Assembly (NCBI GenBank): GCA_049297615.1
Contig: JBAQUQ010000047.1
Coordinates: 749-64,748, forward strand
Direction of reading: 5' to 3'
DNA length: 64,000 nt
Source of the DNA: Burkholderiaceae bacterium
GTDB taxonomy: Bacteria; Pseudomonadota; Gammaproteobacteria; Burkholderiales; Burkholderiaceae_C
Every line of letters starts with the position of its first letter. Within the stretch, counting starts at the first letter, position 1. Shown here one piece after another: positions 29,341-40,700 of the stretch. Made by a program: the position numbers and the translations under genes. Below the pieces are notes generated by a model. It ran no database searches. It was not told where the DNA came from and was given only the letters and a program-made list of their open reading frames with translations.

Positions 29341-30468
29341 ATGCGCAGACGCCCGGGAGAAGTCCGAGATGCAATCGTGCGTGTGCTGGAGGGCCGTCCT
29401 GCTGCTGCCTCGATTCACGAGATTGCCGGCGAAGTCGCGGCGCTGATCGGCGAGGTTCCGGCGTCTTCAATCCGCTCCTATCTTCGACTCAATACGCCTG
29501 ACCTGTTTGCCCGCATGGATCGGGCTCAGTACGTCCTGAGCGGCTTCGAAGTCCAGAAGTTTGCGCGCGCTACCGACTCGCGCTCCGAGCCCGCGAGCTT
29601 TCGCCACGGCAACGCGACGATGGTGTTGCAGGACTGCAATGTTTGGCTGAACCTTCAACCCGCGAATTCAGTGCACGCCGTCGTGACGGATCCGCCCTAT
29701 GGTCTGGTCGAATACTCGGACACCGAGCAGGACAAGATGCGGGCCGGGCGCGGTGGCGTGTGGCGAATTCCACCGAGTTTCGACGGAGCGAAGCGCTCGC
29801 CTTTACCGCGCTTCACCGTCCTCAAGCCAGCCGACCTCGACGAACTCGAGCGCTTCTTCCTGTCTTGGGGCAGGAGCCTGGTCCGAGTTCTCGTGCCGGG
29901 TGCCAATGTGGTGGTCGCGAGCAATCCGCTGTTGTCTTTCATTGTCTCGGGTGCGCTGTCGCGCGCTGGCCTCGAGCGTCGTGGTGAACTCGTTCGCCTC
30001 ACGATGACGATGCGTGGCGGCGACCGGCCCAAAGCGGCCCATGTCGAATTCGCCGACGTGAGCGTGATGCCGCGCTCGATGTGGGAACCATGGCTGCTGT
30101 TCCGCAAGCCCATCGAGGGCCGGGTGCAAGACAACCTGCGCAAGTGGGGCACGGGTGGGTTCAGGCGCATCTCGAACGACAAACCTTTCGGCGACGTGAT
30201 CGAGTCCTCGCCAACGCGTACCAGCGAGAGGAGAATCGCCGCGCACCCCAGTCTCAAGCCGCAGGCGTTCTTGCGACGTTTGGTGCGCGGGGTGCTTCCT
30301 CTGGGCAAAGGCGTTGTGCTTGATCCGTTCGCCGGATCGGGTTCGACTTTGGCCGCCGCGCACGCTCTGGGGTATTCCAGCATCGGCGTCGAGCGCGACG
30401 CGGCGTACTTCGAGATCGCGCGTCAGGCTCTGCCGCGCCTGGCTGCACTATCGGTCGACGCCGCCTGA
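29341..30468 (+). CDS. Beta-class amino (N6-adenine or N4-cytosine) DNA methyltransferase with an N-terminal winged-helix (HARE-HTH-like) extension
   Basis: ORF 29341..30468 has motif IV (VVTDPPYGL) upstream of motif I (VLDPFAGSGSTLAAA), which is the beta-class permuted order. The first ~70 aa (VRDAIVRVLEGRPAAASIHEIAGEVAALIG...IRSYLRLNTPDLFARMDRAQYVL) look like a HARE-HTH. Confidence 0.85.
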   Translation: MRRRPGEVRDAIVRVLEGRPAAASIHEIAGEVAALIGEVPASSIRSYLRLNTPDLFARMDRAQYVLSGFEVQKFARATDSRSEPASFRHGNATMVLQDCNVWLNLQPANSVHAVVTDPPYGLVEYSDTEQDKMRAGRGGVWRIPPSFDGAKRSPLPRFTVLKPADLDELERFFLSWGRSLVRVLVPGANVVVASNPLLSFIVSGALSRAGLERRGELVRLTMTMRGGDRPKAAHVEFADVSVMPRSMWEPWLLFRKPIEGRVQDNLRKWGTGGFRRISNDKPFGDVIESSPTRTSERRIAAHPSLKPQAFLRRLVRGVLPLGKGVVLDPFAGSGSTLAAAHALGYSSIGVERDAAYFEIARQALPRLAALSVDAA

Positions 30469-31093
30469 CTCGGGCCTGTCCGCACTCAGGCGATACACCC
30501 AGCTTCTTCGAAGTTTGGCGATGCCGGCAGCGTCGAGCGTTGCCGTCCGTGTGCCCAATTCACCTCGAGAATTCTTGCGGAAATCGGCAACGCCGACCTG
30601 CCCGAGGTAGACCTCGGTGAACGTCATGGGGCGTCGCCGTGTGGCAGGCTCCGACACATTGTCGACCTGATAAACAAAGACGCACATCCATTGGTCGCGT
30701 GCCCCGTGGGTATCCACGGCGCCGCCCGCCTTGCGTGTCGTTTTGATCTCGACGCCGAACTCGCCGGCCTGTACCTTGTTGTTCGGATACCGGCCTTTGA
30801 CGACGAGGTCCGGATGGCCGTTGAAGTAGCCGTTCACGACCAGGGTGCGTGAATGTTTCGCAAGGCTCGCGGTAAGCATGTCGGACAACACCCCCGACAT
30901 GATGGCCGGCCGCAGTGTGTCATCGAGCCGCTCCAGGCCCTTGAGCACCAAGCCCGAGTTCACGTCGAAGAAGAAATCGTAGACATCCTGCATCGCGAGC
31001 CGGAAGTCCTCGATGCGCAGCGCAAACGGCAGTACGAGCTCGGCGTTGAATTCGCCACGGGCCAGCGAGGCGAGCTTGACCTGGTCCGGCGAA

Positions 31094-31101
<8 letters not shown>
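30448..31101 (-). CDS. PD-(D/E)xK nuclease, probable Type II restriction endonuclease partner of the adjacent methyltransferase
   Basis: ORF 30448..31101 (217 aa) contains [30 protein letters not shown], i.e. PD-x(n)-E-x-K. It is convergent with the methyltransferase with a 21-nt 3' overlap. Its GTG start with GGAG upstream overlaps the recQ stop. I did not recognise a specific REase family. Confidence 0.6.
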
Positions 31102-32995
<1,894 letters not shown>

Positions 32996-33132
32996 GACAA
33001 GGGATAGGCGAACGTGATGTTACGCGACGTGCTGTCTTCACGATTCGAGTGAACCATCGCCCTGCAATGCGGGGTGAAAATGTGCGCCCGCCGCATCGAA
33101 GCCGGGGACCCCCGCACAGGAGGCGTCGCTGA

Positions 33133-35337
33133 ATGACTCGACCTTGCCGAATCTGCGCTCGATTGCGCCCGGTGGCCTTCGTCCTGTTCTGCCTGCTGGC
33201 CACAGGCAGCCTGGCCCAGCCGGGGCCACCGCCGCTGGCCGCGGTTCGCAATGTCAGCGAGCGCTACTTCGGCGTGAGCGTCGACGACCCCTATCGCTAC
33301 TTCGAAGACAAATCCGACCCCGAAGTGGTGGAGTGGATGGAGGCCCAAGACCGGCACGCCCGTACCACGCTCGCGGGAATTCCCGGACGCGACACCCTGC
33401 TGCAGAACATCAGGCGCTATGACGCATCGACACCCGAGCGCGTGATGCATATCAAGCGCGTTCCCGGCGAGCTCTACTTCATGGAGCGCCGCGACACCGC
33501 CGATGAGCCCTTCAAGCTCGTCATGCGCCGCGGGATGAGCGGCAAAGAGAAATTGTTGATCGATCCGCTGGCACTGGAAAAGCGCACCGGCAAGCCCCAT
33601 GTGATCAACTGGTTCAGCCCTTCTCCTGATGGCCGCCTGGTCGCCTTCGGCATGTCCAGACAAGGCTCGGAGGCGATCATGAGCGTGCTGGACACGCGTG
33701 GCGGACGCACACTCGGCGCGCCGATCACGCGCGCCGAACTCGGCGGCGTTGACTGGTCGCCCGACGGCAAGGCGCTGGTGTTCAACCGCTTGCAGGCCGC
33801 GGGCAAAGGCACGCCGCAGTTGCAGAAGTACCAGAACAGCCAGACCCATGTGCTGCGCCTGGGGCAGCCGGCCAGTGCAGCGCGGCCGGTGTTCGGTAGC
33901 GCGATCAAGGGTCTCGATATCGGACCCGTGGACACCCCCTTGGTCAAGCTCACGCACGACGGCCGCTGGGCGATCGGCATGGCCAACAATGCCGCGCGGC
34001 GCGAATTGACGGTCTTCCTGGCGCCGCAGCGCAGCGTGCTTTCCGGTAAACCGCAGTGGAGAGGAATCATCGGTGCGGCCGACGCCGTGACCCGCTTGGC
34101 CTACTTCGACAACACGCTGTACATGGTGAGTCATAAGGGCGCGCCGCGTTCACGTGTGATCGCCATGAATCTCGACGCGCCGAATATTCGCTCGGCCACT
34201 GAAGTCATGGCTGAGTCGGACCTTGCCCTGCTCGATATCGTTGCTGCCGCCGACGCCCTCTATATCGAAGCCCGCGACGGCAACGTCAAGCGGCTGTTCA
34301 AGCGCGCTCACAGCCCGGCGGCCGCAGCATCGCAGCCGATCGAAGTGCCTCTGCCTGTGCAAGGAGCGTTCGAACTCGCCGGCACCGCGGTGGACTCGGC
34401 CGACCCGCGTTTGCCCGGCGTGATGATCGACCTGCAGAGCTGGACCCGCGCCCGCCAGGTGTTTGCCGTGGCAGCGGACGGCAGGGTCAGCAACACCGGC
34501 TTGCAGCCGACCGGTCCCTTCGACACGCCGGCCGACATCGTCGCGACGGAAGTCAAGGTCAAGAGCCACGATGGCGCGCTGGTGCCGCTGTCCATCATTC
34601 ACCGCAAAGACGTGGTGCTGAACGCCGGCAACCCGACCTTGATGTACGGCTATGCCAGCTACGGCATCACGGCCGAATCGGTTTTCGCCGTCAGTCGCCT
34701 GGCTTGGCTGGACGCCGGCGGCGTCTTGGCCGTGGCGAACCCTCGCGGCAGCGGCGTCTACGGGCAAGACTGGTACCGGGGCGGCTTGCAGGCGACCAAA
34801 CCCAACTCCTGGAAGGACTTCATTGCCTGTGCCGAATACCTGATCGCCGCGAAGTTCACGCAGCCGAGCAAACTCGGCATTTTCGGCAGCGGCGCCGGCG
34901 GTATCCTGGTGGGCCGGGCAATGACGGAGCGCCCCGACCTGTTCGCTGCCGTCGTCGCAGCTGGCGGCGCGCTCGACAGCCTTCGATTCGAGGCGACACC
35001 CGGCGGCGCGGCCCACATCGCAGAGTTCGGCAGTGTGAAGACGGGGGCGGGGTTCAAGGCGCTGCTGGCGATGAGCACGTATGCGAACATCCAGACCGGC
35101 ACGGTTTACCCCGCGGTGCTGTTAACGCACGGCGTAAGCGATGGGCGCGCCGAAGTGTGGCAGAGCACCAAGACTGCGGCGCGACTGATGGCTGCCACGT
35201 CGGGCGACAAGCCGGTTCTGCTGCGCATGGACGTCAACGCCGGCTCCGGCTTGGGCAACGCGCAGCAGATCGAGGAACGCGCCGACTGGTATTCGTTCCT
35301 GCTATGGCAGATGGGCGCGAAGAGCTTTCAGCCCTGA
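33133..35337 (+). CDS. Secreted prolyl oligopeptidase family (S9A) serine peptidase
   Basis: ORF 33133..35337 has a signal peptide, DDPYRYFEDKSDPEVVEWMEAQ (the POP N-terminal signature) and a C-terminal alpha/beta hydrolase domain (GIFGSGAGGIL in the position of the serine motif; HGVSDGRA). Confidence 0.8.
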   Translation: MTRPCRICARLRPVAFVLFCLLATGSLAQPGPPPLAAVRNVSERYFGVSVDDPYRYFEDKSDPEVVEWMEAQDRHARTTLAGIPGRDTLLQNIRRYDASTPERVMHIKRVPGELYFMERRDTADEPFKLVMRRGMSGKEKLLIDPLALEKRTGKPHVINWFSPSPDGRLVAFGMSRQGSEAIMSVLDTRGGRTLGAPITRAELGGVDWSPDGKALVFNRLQAAGKGTPQLQKYQNSQTHVLRLGQPASAARPVFGSAIKGLDIGPVDTPLVKLTHDGRWAIGMANNAARRELTVFLAPQRSVLSGKPQWRGIIGAADAVTRLAYFDNTLYMVSHKGAPRSRVIAMNLDAPNIRSATEVMAESDLALLDIVAAADALYIEARDGNVKRLFKRAHSPAAAASQPIEVPLPVQGAFELAGTAVDSADPRLPGVMIDLQSWTRARQVFAVAADGRVSNTGLQPTGPFDTPADIVATEVKVKSHDGALVPLSIIHRKDVVLNAGNPTLMYGYASYGITAESVFAVSRLAWLDAGGVLAVANPRGSGVYGQDWYRGGLQATKPNSWKDFIACAEYLIAAKFTQPSKLGIFGSGAGGILVGRAMTERPDLFAAVVAAGGALDSLRFEATPGGAAHIAEFGSVKTGAGFKALLAMSTYANIQTGTVYPAVLLTHGVSDGRAEVWQSTKTAARLMAATSGDKPVLLRMDVNAGSGLGNAQQIEERADWYSFLLWQMGAKSFQP

Positions 35338-35470
35338 TTTCAGGGGCTGCTGATCGGGCCCTGGCCTGGTCTTCGGCGCGAGCCTCGACGGGGTCTTATT
35401 GCCGCTTCAATGGGGCTGGCGGGCGGGACGATAATCTTCCCGACCTACCACCCGTCCCGGAGCGCAGATC

Positions 35471-35962
35471 ATGGCCTCAGTCAACAAAGTCATCATCATC
35501 GGCAACCTCGGCAAAGACCCCGAAGTGCGCTACACGCCCAACGGCAACGCCGTGTGCAATATCAATGTGGCTACCAGTCGCACCTGGAAGTCCAAGGACT
35601 CGGGCGAGAAGATGGAGGACACGGAGTGGCACCGGGTTGTGTTGTACGACCGCCAAGCCGAAGTGGCCGGTGAATATCTGAAGAAGGGCCGCGCGGTCTA
35701 CATCGAGGGCCGCCTGAAGACGCGCAAGTGGCAAGACAAAGAAGGCGTGGATCGTTACACCACCGAGATCGTCGCCGAGGATATGAAGTTGCTTGGCAGC
35801 CGTGAAGGCGCGGGCGGTGGCCCTGCCGATGAAGGCGCGCCTTCGGGCTTCGGCGATCGGCCGACACCGGCGTCGCGGCCCGCCTCTGCGGCTGCGGCGG
35901 CAAAGCCCGCAACGAAGTCGGCCACCGGCTTCGACAACATGGACGACGATATTCCGTTCTAA
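35471..35962 (+). CDS. ssb: Single-stranded DNA-binding protein
   Basis: ORF 35471..35962 begins [36 protein letters not shown], has a Gly/Pro/Ala-rich linker and ends in the acidic tip DDDIPF. Confidence 0.95.
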   Translation: MASVNKVIIIGNLGKDPEVRYTPNGNAVCNINVATSRTWKSKDSGEKMEDTEWHRVVLYDRQAEVAGEYLKKGRAVYIEGRLKTRKWQDKEGVDRYTTEIVAEDMKLLGSREGAGGGPADEGAPSGFGDRPTPASRPASAAAAAKPATKSATGFDNMDDDIPF

Positions 35963-36123
35963 GGCGACGCTGAACAAGTCCCGGCGAGGGCGCGCGCCTC
36001 GATTTGGGATGGGCTGCAAGGCGCAAACCGCAGCCATAGCCCAAGCTATGGCGAGGATTTGCAACGCCGCAGACCGCCCAAAGGGAGGATGCGCGGCCCG
36101 CGTGGGACTTGTTCAGCGTTGCC
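35963..36123. repeat. ~160-nt imperfect palindrome (long hairpin) between the convergent ssb and paiB genes
   Basis: The outer arms 35967-35982 (ACGCTGAACAAGTCCC) and 36104-36119 (GGGACTTGTTCAGCGT) are perfectly complementary over 16 bp and can be extended by four more pairs (one G-T plus three G-C) to 20. The inner arms are partly complementary, and there is a central hairpin CCATAGC-ccaa-GCTATGG. It could be a MITE/ERIC-like element, an sRNA or a large bidirectional terminator. Confidence 0.6.
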
Positions 36124-36171
36124 CCAAGACGGGCTCATGGTGCGCGGTGCACCGCCGGCGCATCGCACCAG

Positions 36172-36822
36172 TCAGGCGGCGTCGGTGCGCGCAACGAGCT
36201 TGGCCATCGCCAGCGCCTGAGCGTCGCCGCTCGCCTGCGCCTGCTGTTCCAGACCATAGGCAACTCCTTGTCGATCGACCGCGTCGCGGTTTTGGCTGAC
36301 TTTCCACTTGCCTTGTAGCGCGACCAGTTCGACCTCGATGCCGACGATCGCCCCCAACATCGTCGTGATGTAGTTGGCCGGCGCGTCGCTCACCGCCCAG
36401 GGCACGGCACGTGGCGCCTCGTGCGTGCGCGTGAGGCGCTCGACGAGGTTGCGCACCCACTGTGCGTCATCCACCGGGCGCAGCTTGCCGCGCGCCTGCA
36501 CCGTCACATAGTTCCAGGTCGGCACCACCTTGCCGGTGGCGGCCTTGGTCGCGTACATCGACGGTGAGATGTAGGCTTGAGGGCCCTGGAACACGATCAG
36601 CGCGTCGACGTCGCCGCGTGTCTCACGCCACAGCGGATTGGCGCGCGCGACATGGCCGCGCAGCGTGCCCAAGGGCGTCGGACCCTCGTCAATCAGAAAC
36701 GGCAGCGGATTTGCTTGAAGGCCGCTCGCCGACAGGGTGATCAGCAAGCCCAAGGGCTGGGCGCGAATCGACCTGTGCAGCACGTCGACGCGCGTTTCCT
36801 CGAAATGGCTGGGCAAGTACAT
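36172..36822 (-). CDS. FMN-binding negative transcriptional regulator (PaiB family)
   Basis: ORF 36172..36864; start at MYLPSHFEETRVDVLH, a PaiB-type N-terminus. It contains GHVARANPLW, YISPSMY and VPTWNYVTVQARG. Confidence 0.8.
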   Translation of the reverse strand: MYLPSHFEETRVDVLHRSIRAQPLGLLITLSASGLQANPLPFLIDEGPTPLGTLRGHVARANPLWRETRGDVDALIVFQGPQAYISPSMYATKAATGKVVPTWNYVTVQARGKLRPVDDAQWVRNLVERLTRTHEAPRAVPWAVSDAPANYITTMLGAIVGIEVELVALQGKWKVSQNRDAVDRQGVAYGLEQQAQASGDAQALAMAKLVARTDAA

Positions 36823-36832
36823 TGCAAACATT

Positions 36833-38143
36833 ATGAATGCGCCTCGACCCAACGTCATCTTCATCGTCGCCGACGACCTGGGCTATGCCGACCTCGGCTG
36901 TTACGGCGCACGTGCACCGGTCTCGCCGGTGTTGGACGGCCTCGCGGCGCAGGGGCTGCGCTTCACCCAGGGTTATGCGAACTCGCCGGTGTGCTCACCG
37001 ACGCGCTTCGCCTTGATGACGGGGCGCTACCAGTATCGGCTGCGTGGTGCCGCCGAAGAGCCCATCAGCATTCGCTCCCGCGACAGCACGACGCTCGGGC
37101 TGCCGCCACAGCACCCAACCCTGCCGTCGCTGCTGAGGGCGAGCGGCTACCGCACGGCGTTGATCGGCAAATGGCACCTTGGTTTCCCGCCGGCCTTCGG
37201 GCCATTGCGCTCAGGCTATGACGAGTTCTACGGTCCGATGTCAGGGGGCGTCGACTACTTCGCCCACACCGCGTCGAACGGTGTGCACGATCTGTGGCAG
37301 GGCGAACAAGAGTGCCATGACGTGGGCTACCTCACCGATCTGATTTCGCGTCGTGCCGTTGATTTCATTACACGCAGCGCTGGTGGCTCAGCACCGTTCT
37401 TTCTCAGCCTGCACTACACCGCGCCGCATTGGCCCTGGGAAACACGCGACGACGCAATGCAGGCAGAGCACCTGCGCGAGCAGCTCTTCCACTTGCACGG
37501 TGGCAGTATCCACAGCTACCGGCGCATGATCGGGCACATGGACGAAGGCATAGGCTGGGTCATGCGAGTCTTGCGCGACCAGGGGCTGGCTCGCAATACG
37601 CTCGTTGTCTTCACCAGCGACAACGGCGGCGAGCGTTTCTCCGACAACTGGCCCCTGGTGGGCGGCAAGATGGATCTCACCGAAGGCGGCATTCGTGTGC
37701 CCTGGATCGCACACTGGCCCGCGGTCATAGCGCCCGGGGAGTCGAGCGAGCAACATTGCCTGACGATGGATTGGGCGGCCACGGTGTTGGCCGCCGCAGG
37801 GGTCGCGGCAGACGCCGCCTATCCGCTCGACGGCGTCTCGCTGCTGCCGGTGTTGCGCGAGCCCGGCCACCGTTTTGCGCGGCCCATGTTTTGGCGCATG
37901 AAACATCGCCAGCAGCGCGCCTTGCGCTTTGGCGCCTGGAAATACCTCCAGGTCGACGCGCACGAGTACCTGTTCAACCTCGCGGCCGACGAGCGCGAAC
38001 GCGCCAATCACGCGGCGCGCGAGCCCGCTCGCCTGGCAGCGATGCGCGACACCTGGCTGGCCTGGAACGCCACGATGCCTGCGATTCCCGATGACGCCGT
38101 CGTCAGCATGGGTTTTTCGGTGCGTGACATGCCCCAGCGTTGA
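36833..38143 (+). CDS. Sulfatase (arylsulfatase family), no obvious signal peptide
   Basis: ORF 36737..38143; start at MNAPRPNVIFIVADDLGYADLGCYG. It contains the formylglycine motif CSPTRFALMTGR plus GKWHLG and FTSDNGG. Confidence 0.85.
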   Translation: MNAPRPNVIFIVADDLGYADLGCYGARAPVSPVLDGLAAQGLRFTQGYANSPVCSPTRFALMTGRYQYRLRGAAEEPISIRSRDSTTLGLPPQHPTLPSLLRASGYRTALIGKWHLGFPPAFGPLRSGYDEFYGPMSGGVDYFAHTASNGVHDLWQGEQECHDVGYLTDLISRRAVDFITRSAGGSAPFFLSLHYTAPHWPWETRDDAMQAEHLREQLFHLHGGSIHSYRRMIGHMDEGIGWVMRVLRDQGLARNTLVVFTSDNGGERFSDNWPLVGGKMDLTEGGIRVPWIAHWPAVIAPGESSEQHCLTMDWAATVLAAAGVAADAAYPLDGVSLLPVLREPGHRFARPMFWRMKHRQQRALRFGAWKYLQVDAHEYLFNLAADERERANHAAREPARLAAMRDTWLAWNATMPAIPDDAVVSMGFSVRDMPQR

Positions 38144-38409
38144 AGGTTTCAGTGGGCACGACCCGTGGGCGTGCCACCGAAGAAGTGAGGCACGAGTGGG
38201 GCGCCCCGAAGGAAGTCACGCGCAGGGCGGTGACGCGCGCGAGCGCTTGTCCTTCACCAGGGCGCCGAAGGGCTTGCGCATGCGCTTGCGCGAGCGCACC
38301 GGCCCAGGCCCGTCTCAGGGATGATTCGCATTGCCCGACACCGCGCTTGCCGGCACAGTGCTAGGCTCGACTTTCGCTATTCAATCGAAATTCTGCCCAG
38401 GAGACTCGC

Positions 38410-39444
38410 ATGACCTTCAATCGATCCAAACCGGCCTCCGTCGCGGCCGCACTGTTGCTGGCCTGCGGCCTTGGCAGCGTGTCGGCGCAGACCACGCTCA
38501 CGATGTCGAGCTGGGTCGGTCCAACGCACTTGCTGACGCGCGACGTTCTCGGCGGCTGGGCGGCGGCGGTGGAAAAGGCGACGCAAGGACGCGTCAAGCT
38601 GCAGTTGCTACCCAAGCATCCGTCTGCGCCTCCGGGGACGTTTGACGCCGTGCGCGACGGCCTGGTCGATGTGTCGTATGTGACGGCGAGCTATACCCCG
38701 GCACGCCATCCCTTGCCCCTGCTGGCCGAATTGCCGGGCAATGGCAGCACCGCGGTTGCCAACTCGATCGCGTTTTCGCGCATGCACTGGAAGTACCTGC
38801 ACGCGGCGAACGAATACAAAGGCGTCAAGCTGCTGGGTGTGTTCACCCACGGCCCGGGCCACATGTTCACCGTAAAGAAACAGGTGAATGCGGTTGCCGA
38901 CCTGGCGGGAATGAAGATTCGCACGGGCGGGGGCATCGCGGAAGCCTCGGCCAAGGCGATGGGTGCTTCGGCCTTCGTCAAGCCCGCGCCCGAGTCCTAC
39001 GAGTTGTTGTCCTCGGGCGTGGCCGACGGCACCTTCTTCCCCGCCGAGTCGATCAAGTCGTTCAATCTGGACAAAGTCGTCAAGTACGCAACCATTTTCC
39101 CGGGCGGCTTTTATTCGTCGTCGTTCGGCTTCTTCATGAACGAGGACAAATGGAACAAGCTGTCCAAACAAGACCAGGACGCGATCACCTCGGTCTCGGG
39201 CGAAGCGCTGGCGCGCCTGGCCGGCCAGGCCTGGGACGCCGCCGACAAGGTCGGTCTGGACACGCTGCGCGCCGCAGGCGCGACGATTGCCGATGCGAGC
39301 CCGGCGTTTGTTGCCGATGTTCGCAAGCGCACCGAGCCCCTCGTGCAGGACTGGATCAAGGCGGCCAATGCAAAAGGCATCGACGGCGCAAAGGTATTCG
39401 CCGAGTTTCATGAGGAGTTGAAGAGGGCCGCCGCCGGCAATTGA
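38410..39444 (+). CDS. TRAP transporter substrate-binding protein (DctP family)
   Basis: ORF 38410..39444 has a signal peptide followed by DctP-like blocks (LTMSSWVGPTH, GMKIRTGGGI, ALARLAGQAWD). It is followed by Q and M permease genes. Confidence 0.85.
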   Translation: MTFNRSKPASVAAALLLACGLGSVSAQTTLTMSSWVGPTHLLTRDVLGGWAAAVEKATQGRVKLQLLPKHPSAPPGTFDAVRDGLVDVSYVTASYTPARHPLPLLAELPGNGSTAVANSIAFSRMHWKYLHAANEYKGVKLLGVFTHGPGHMFTVKKQVNAVADLAGMKIRTGGGIAEASAKAMGASAFVKPAPESYELLSSGVADGTFFPAESIKSFNLDKVVKYATIFPGGFYSSSFGFFMNEDKWNKLSKQDQDAITSVSGEALARLAGQAWDAADKVGLDTLRAAGATIADASPAFVADVRKRTEPLVQDWIKAANAKGIDGAKVFAEFHEELKRAAAGN

Positions 39445-40208
39445 TGGCGCTGATGCGCCAACCGGTCGCCCCCGTGAGCAGCGATTACAGCGCAGGCGAC
39501 CCGCGCGCCGATCTGACGCACAGCGCCTGGATCCTCGCCGACGAAGGCCATGAATCGGGACTCGCCGGTCAGCTGACGGCGCGCGGCCCCAAGCCAGGGA
39601 CCTACTGGACGCTGCCGCTCGGGCTGGCGTTCGACGAGGTGACGCCCGCTGCCTGGCTGTTGATTGACGCCGAGCTGAACGTGCTGGCCGGCGACGGTGC
39701 CTTCGGCGTTCGCGAGCCGAACCCGGCGACGCGCTTCCACGTCTGGGTCTATCGGGCGCGCCCTGACGTGAACGCGGTTGCGCATAGCCATGCGCCGGCT
39801 GCATCGGCACTCGCGGCAGCGCAGCGCCCGCTTCTGATCGCCCACATGGACGCCACGCCGCTGTTCGAGGACACGTCGTATCTGCCGCGTTGGCTCGGGT
39901 TGCCCACTGCCGACCGCGAAGGCGAACAGGTCGCCGCCGGCCTGGGCGACAAACACGCGATGCTGCTGGCCCACCATGGCATCCTTACCGCCGGGCGCAC
40001 GGTGCAGGAGGCGAATTTTCTCGCCGTGTTCATGGAACGCATGGCACGCCAACAGCTCGACGCGGAAAAAGTCGGCGGCGCGAAGCCGCTCGACGGCCAA
40101 GAGGCGCGTCGGGCTCGCGATTTCCTGCGCACCGACCGCATCATGAATCTCACGTTCGACGCCTGGGCCCGGCGCGCGCAGCGGCGTCGCGCTGCCGTGG
40201 CGGCATGA
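39444..40208 (+). CDS. Class II aldolase/adducin-family protein (aldolase or decarboxylase)
   Basis: ORF 39441..40208 contains metal-ligand-like motifs (NAVAHSHAPAASAL and MLLAHHGILTAG). Its ATG overlaps the dctP stop (TGATG) and its stop overlaps the dctQ start (ATGA). Confidence 0.75.
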   Translation: MALMRQPVAPVSSDYSAGDPRADLTHSAWILADEGHESGLAGQLTARGPKPGTYWTLPLGLAFDEVTPAAWLLIDAELNVLAGDGAFGVREPNPATRFHVWVYRARPDVNAVAHSHAPAASALAAAQRPLLIAHMDATPLFEDTSYLPRWLGLPTADREGEQVAAGLGDKHAMLLAHHGILTAGRTVQEANFLAVFMERMARQQLDAEKVGGAKPLDGQEARRARDFLRTDRIMNLTFDAWARRAQRRRAAVAA

Positions 40209-40693
40209 ACCGCTTGGGCGCTTGGCTGGAGGCGGCTCTGGGCCTGACCTCAGCGATCGTGTTGTTTTCGATGATGCTGCTCACGGCCGTCGACGTGATC
40301 GGCCGCTACGTTTTCAACAAGCCGATTTCGGGTGGTTTCGAACTGACGGAGATGATGCTCGCCGCCCTCATCTACTGCGGCTTGCCCCTGGTGTCGAAAC
40401 GGCGCGCGCACATCGTCATCGACACCTTCGACAGCTTCATGTCGCGCGACGTGAAACGCGCACTCGATGTGCTCGCCGACGTCATTTGCTTTCTCACGCT
40501 GGGCGGCATCGGCTATCTCATTTTTCAGCGCGCCGTGCGCGTGGCCGAATACGGCGACACGACCAGCGTGCTCAAGCTGCCGCTGGCGCCGGTGGCCTAC
40601 GCGATGGGCACGATGATCGTCATCGCCGCCCTCATTCACCTCGCGCTGATCTTCGTGCCGCACCGCGCGGACGAAGGCAAGACCATCATCTGA
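40205..40693 (+). CDS. TRAP transporter small permease (DctQ family)
   Basis: Internal start MNRLGAWLEAALGLTSAIVLFSMMLLTAVDVIGRYVFNKPISGGFELTEM in ORF 39890..40693. It has four predicted TM segments and typical DctQ N-terminal sequence. Confidence 0.85.
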   Translation: MNRLGAWLEAALGLTSAIVLFSMMLLTAVDVIGRYVFNKPISGGFELTEMMLAALIYCGLPLVSKRRAHIVIDTFDSFMSRDVKRALDVLADVICFLTLGGIGYLIFQRAVRVAEYGDTTSVLKLPLAPVAYAMGTMIVIAALIHLALIFVPHRADEGKTII

Positions 40694-40700
40694 GCTCAGC

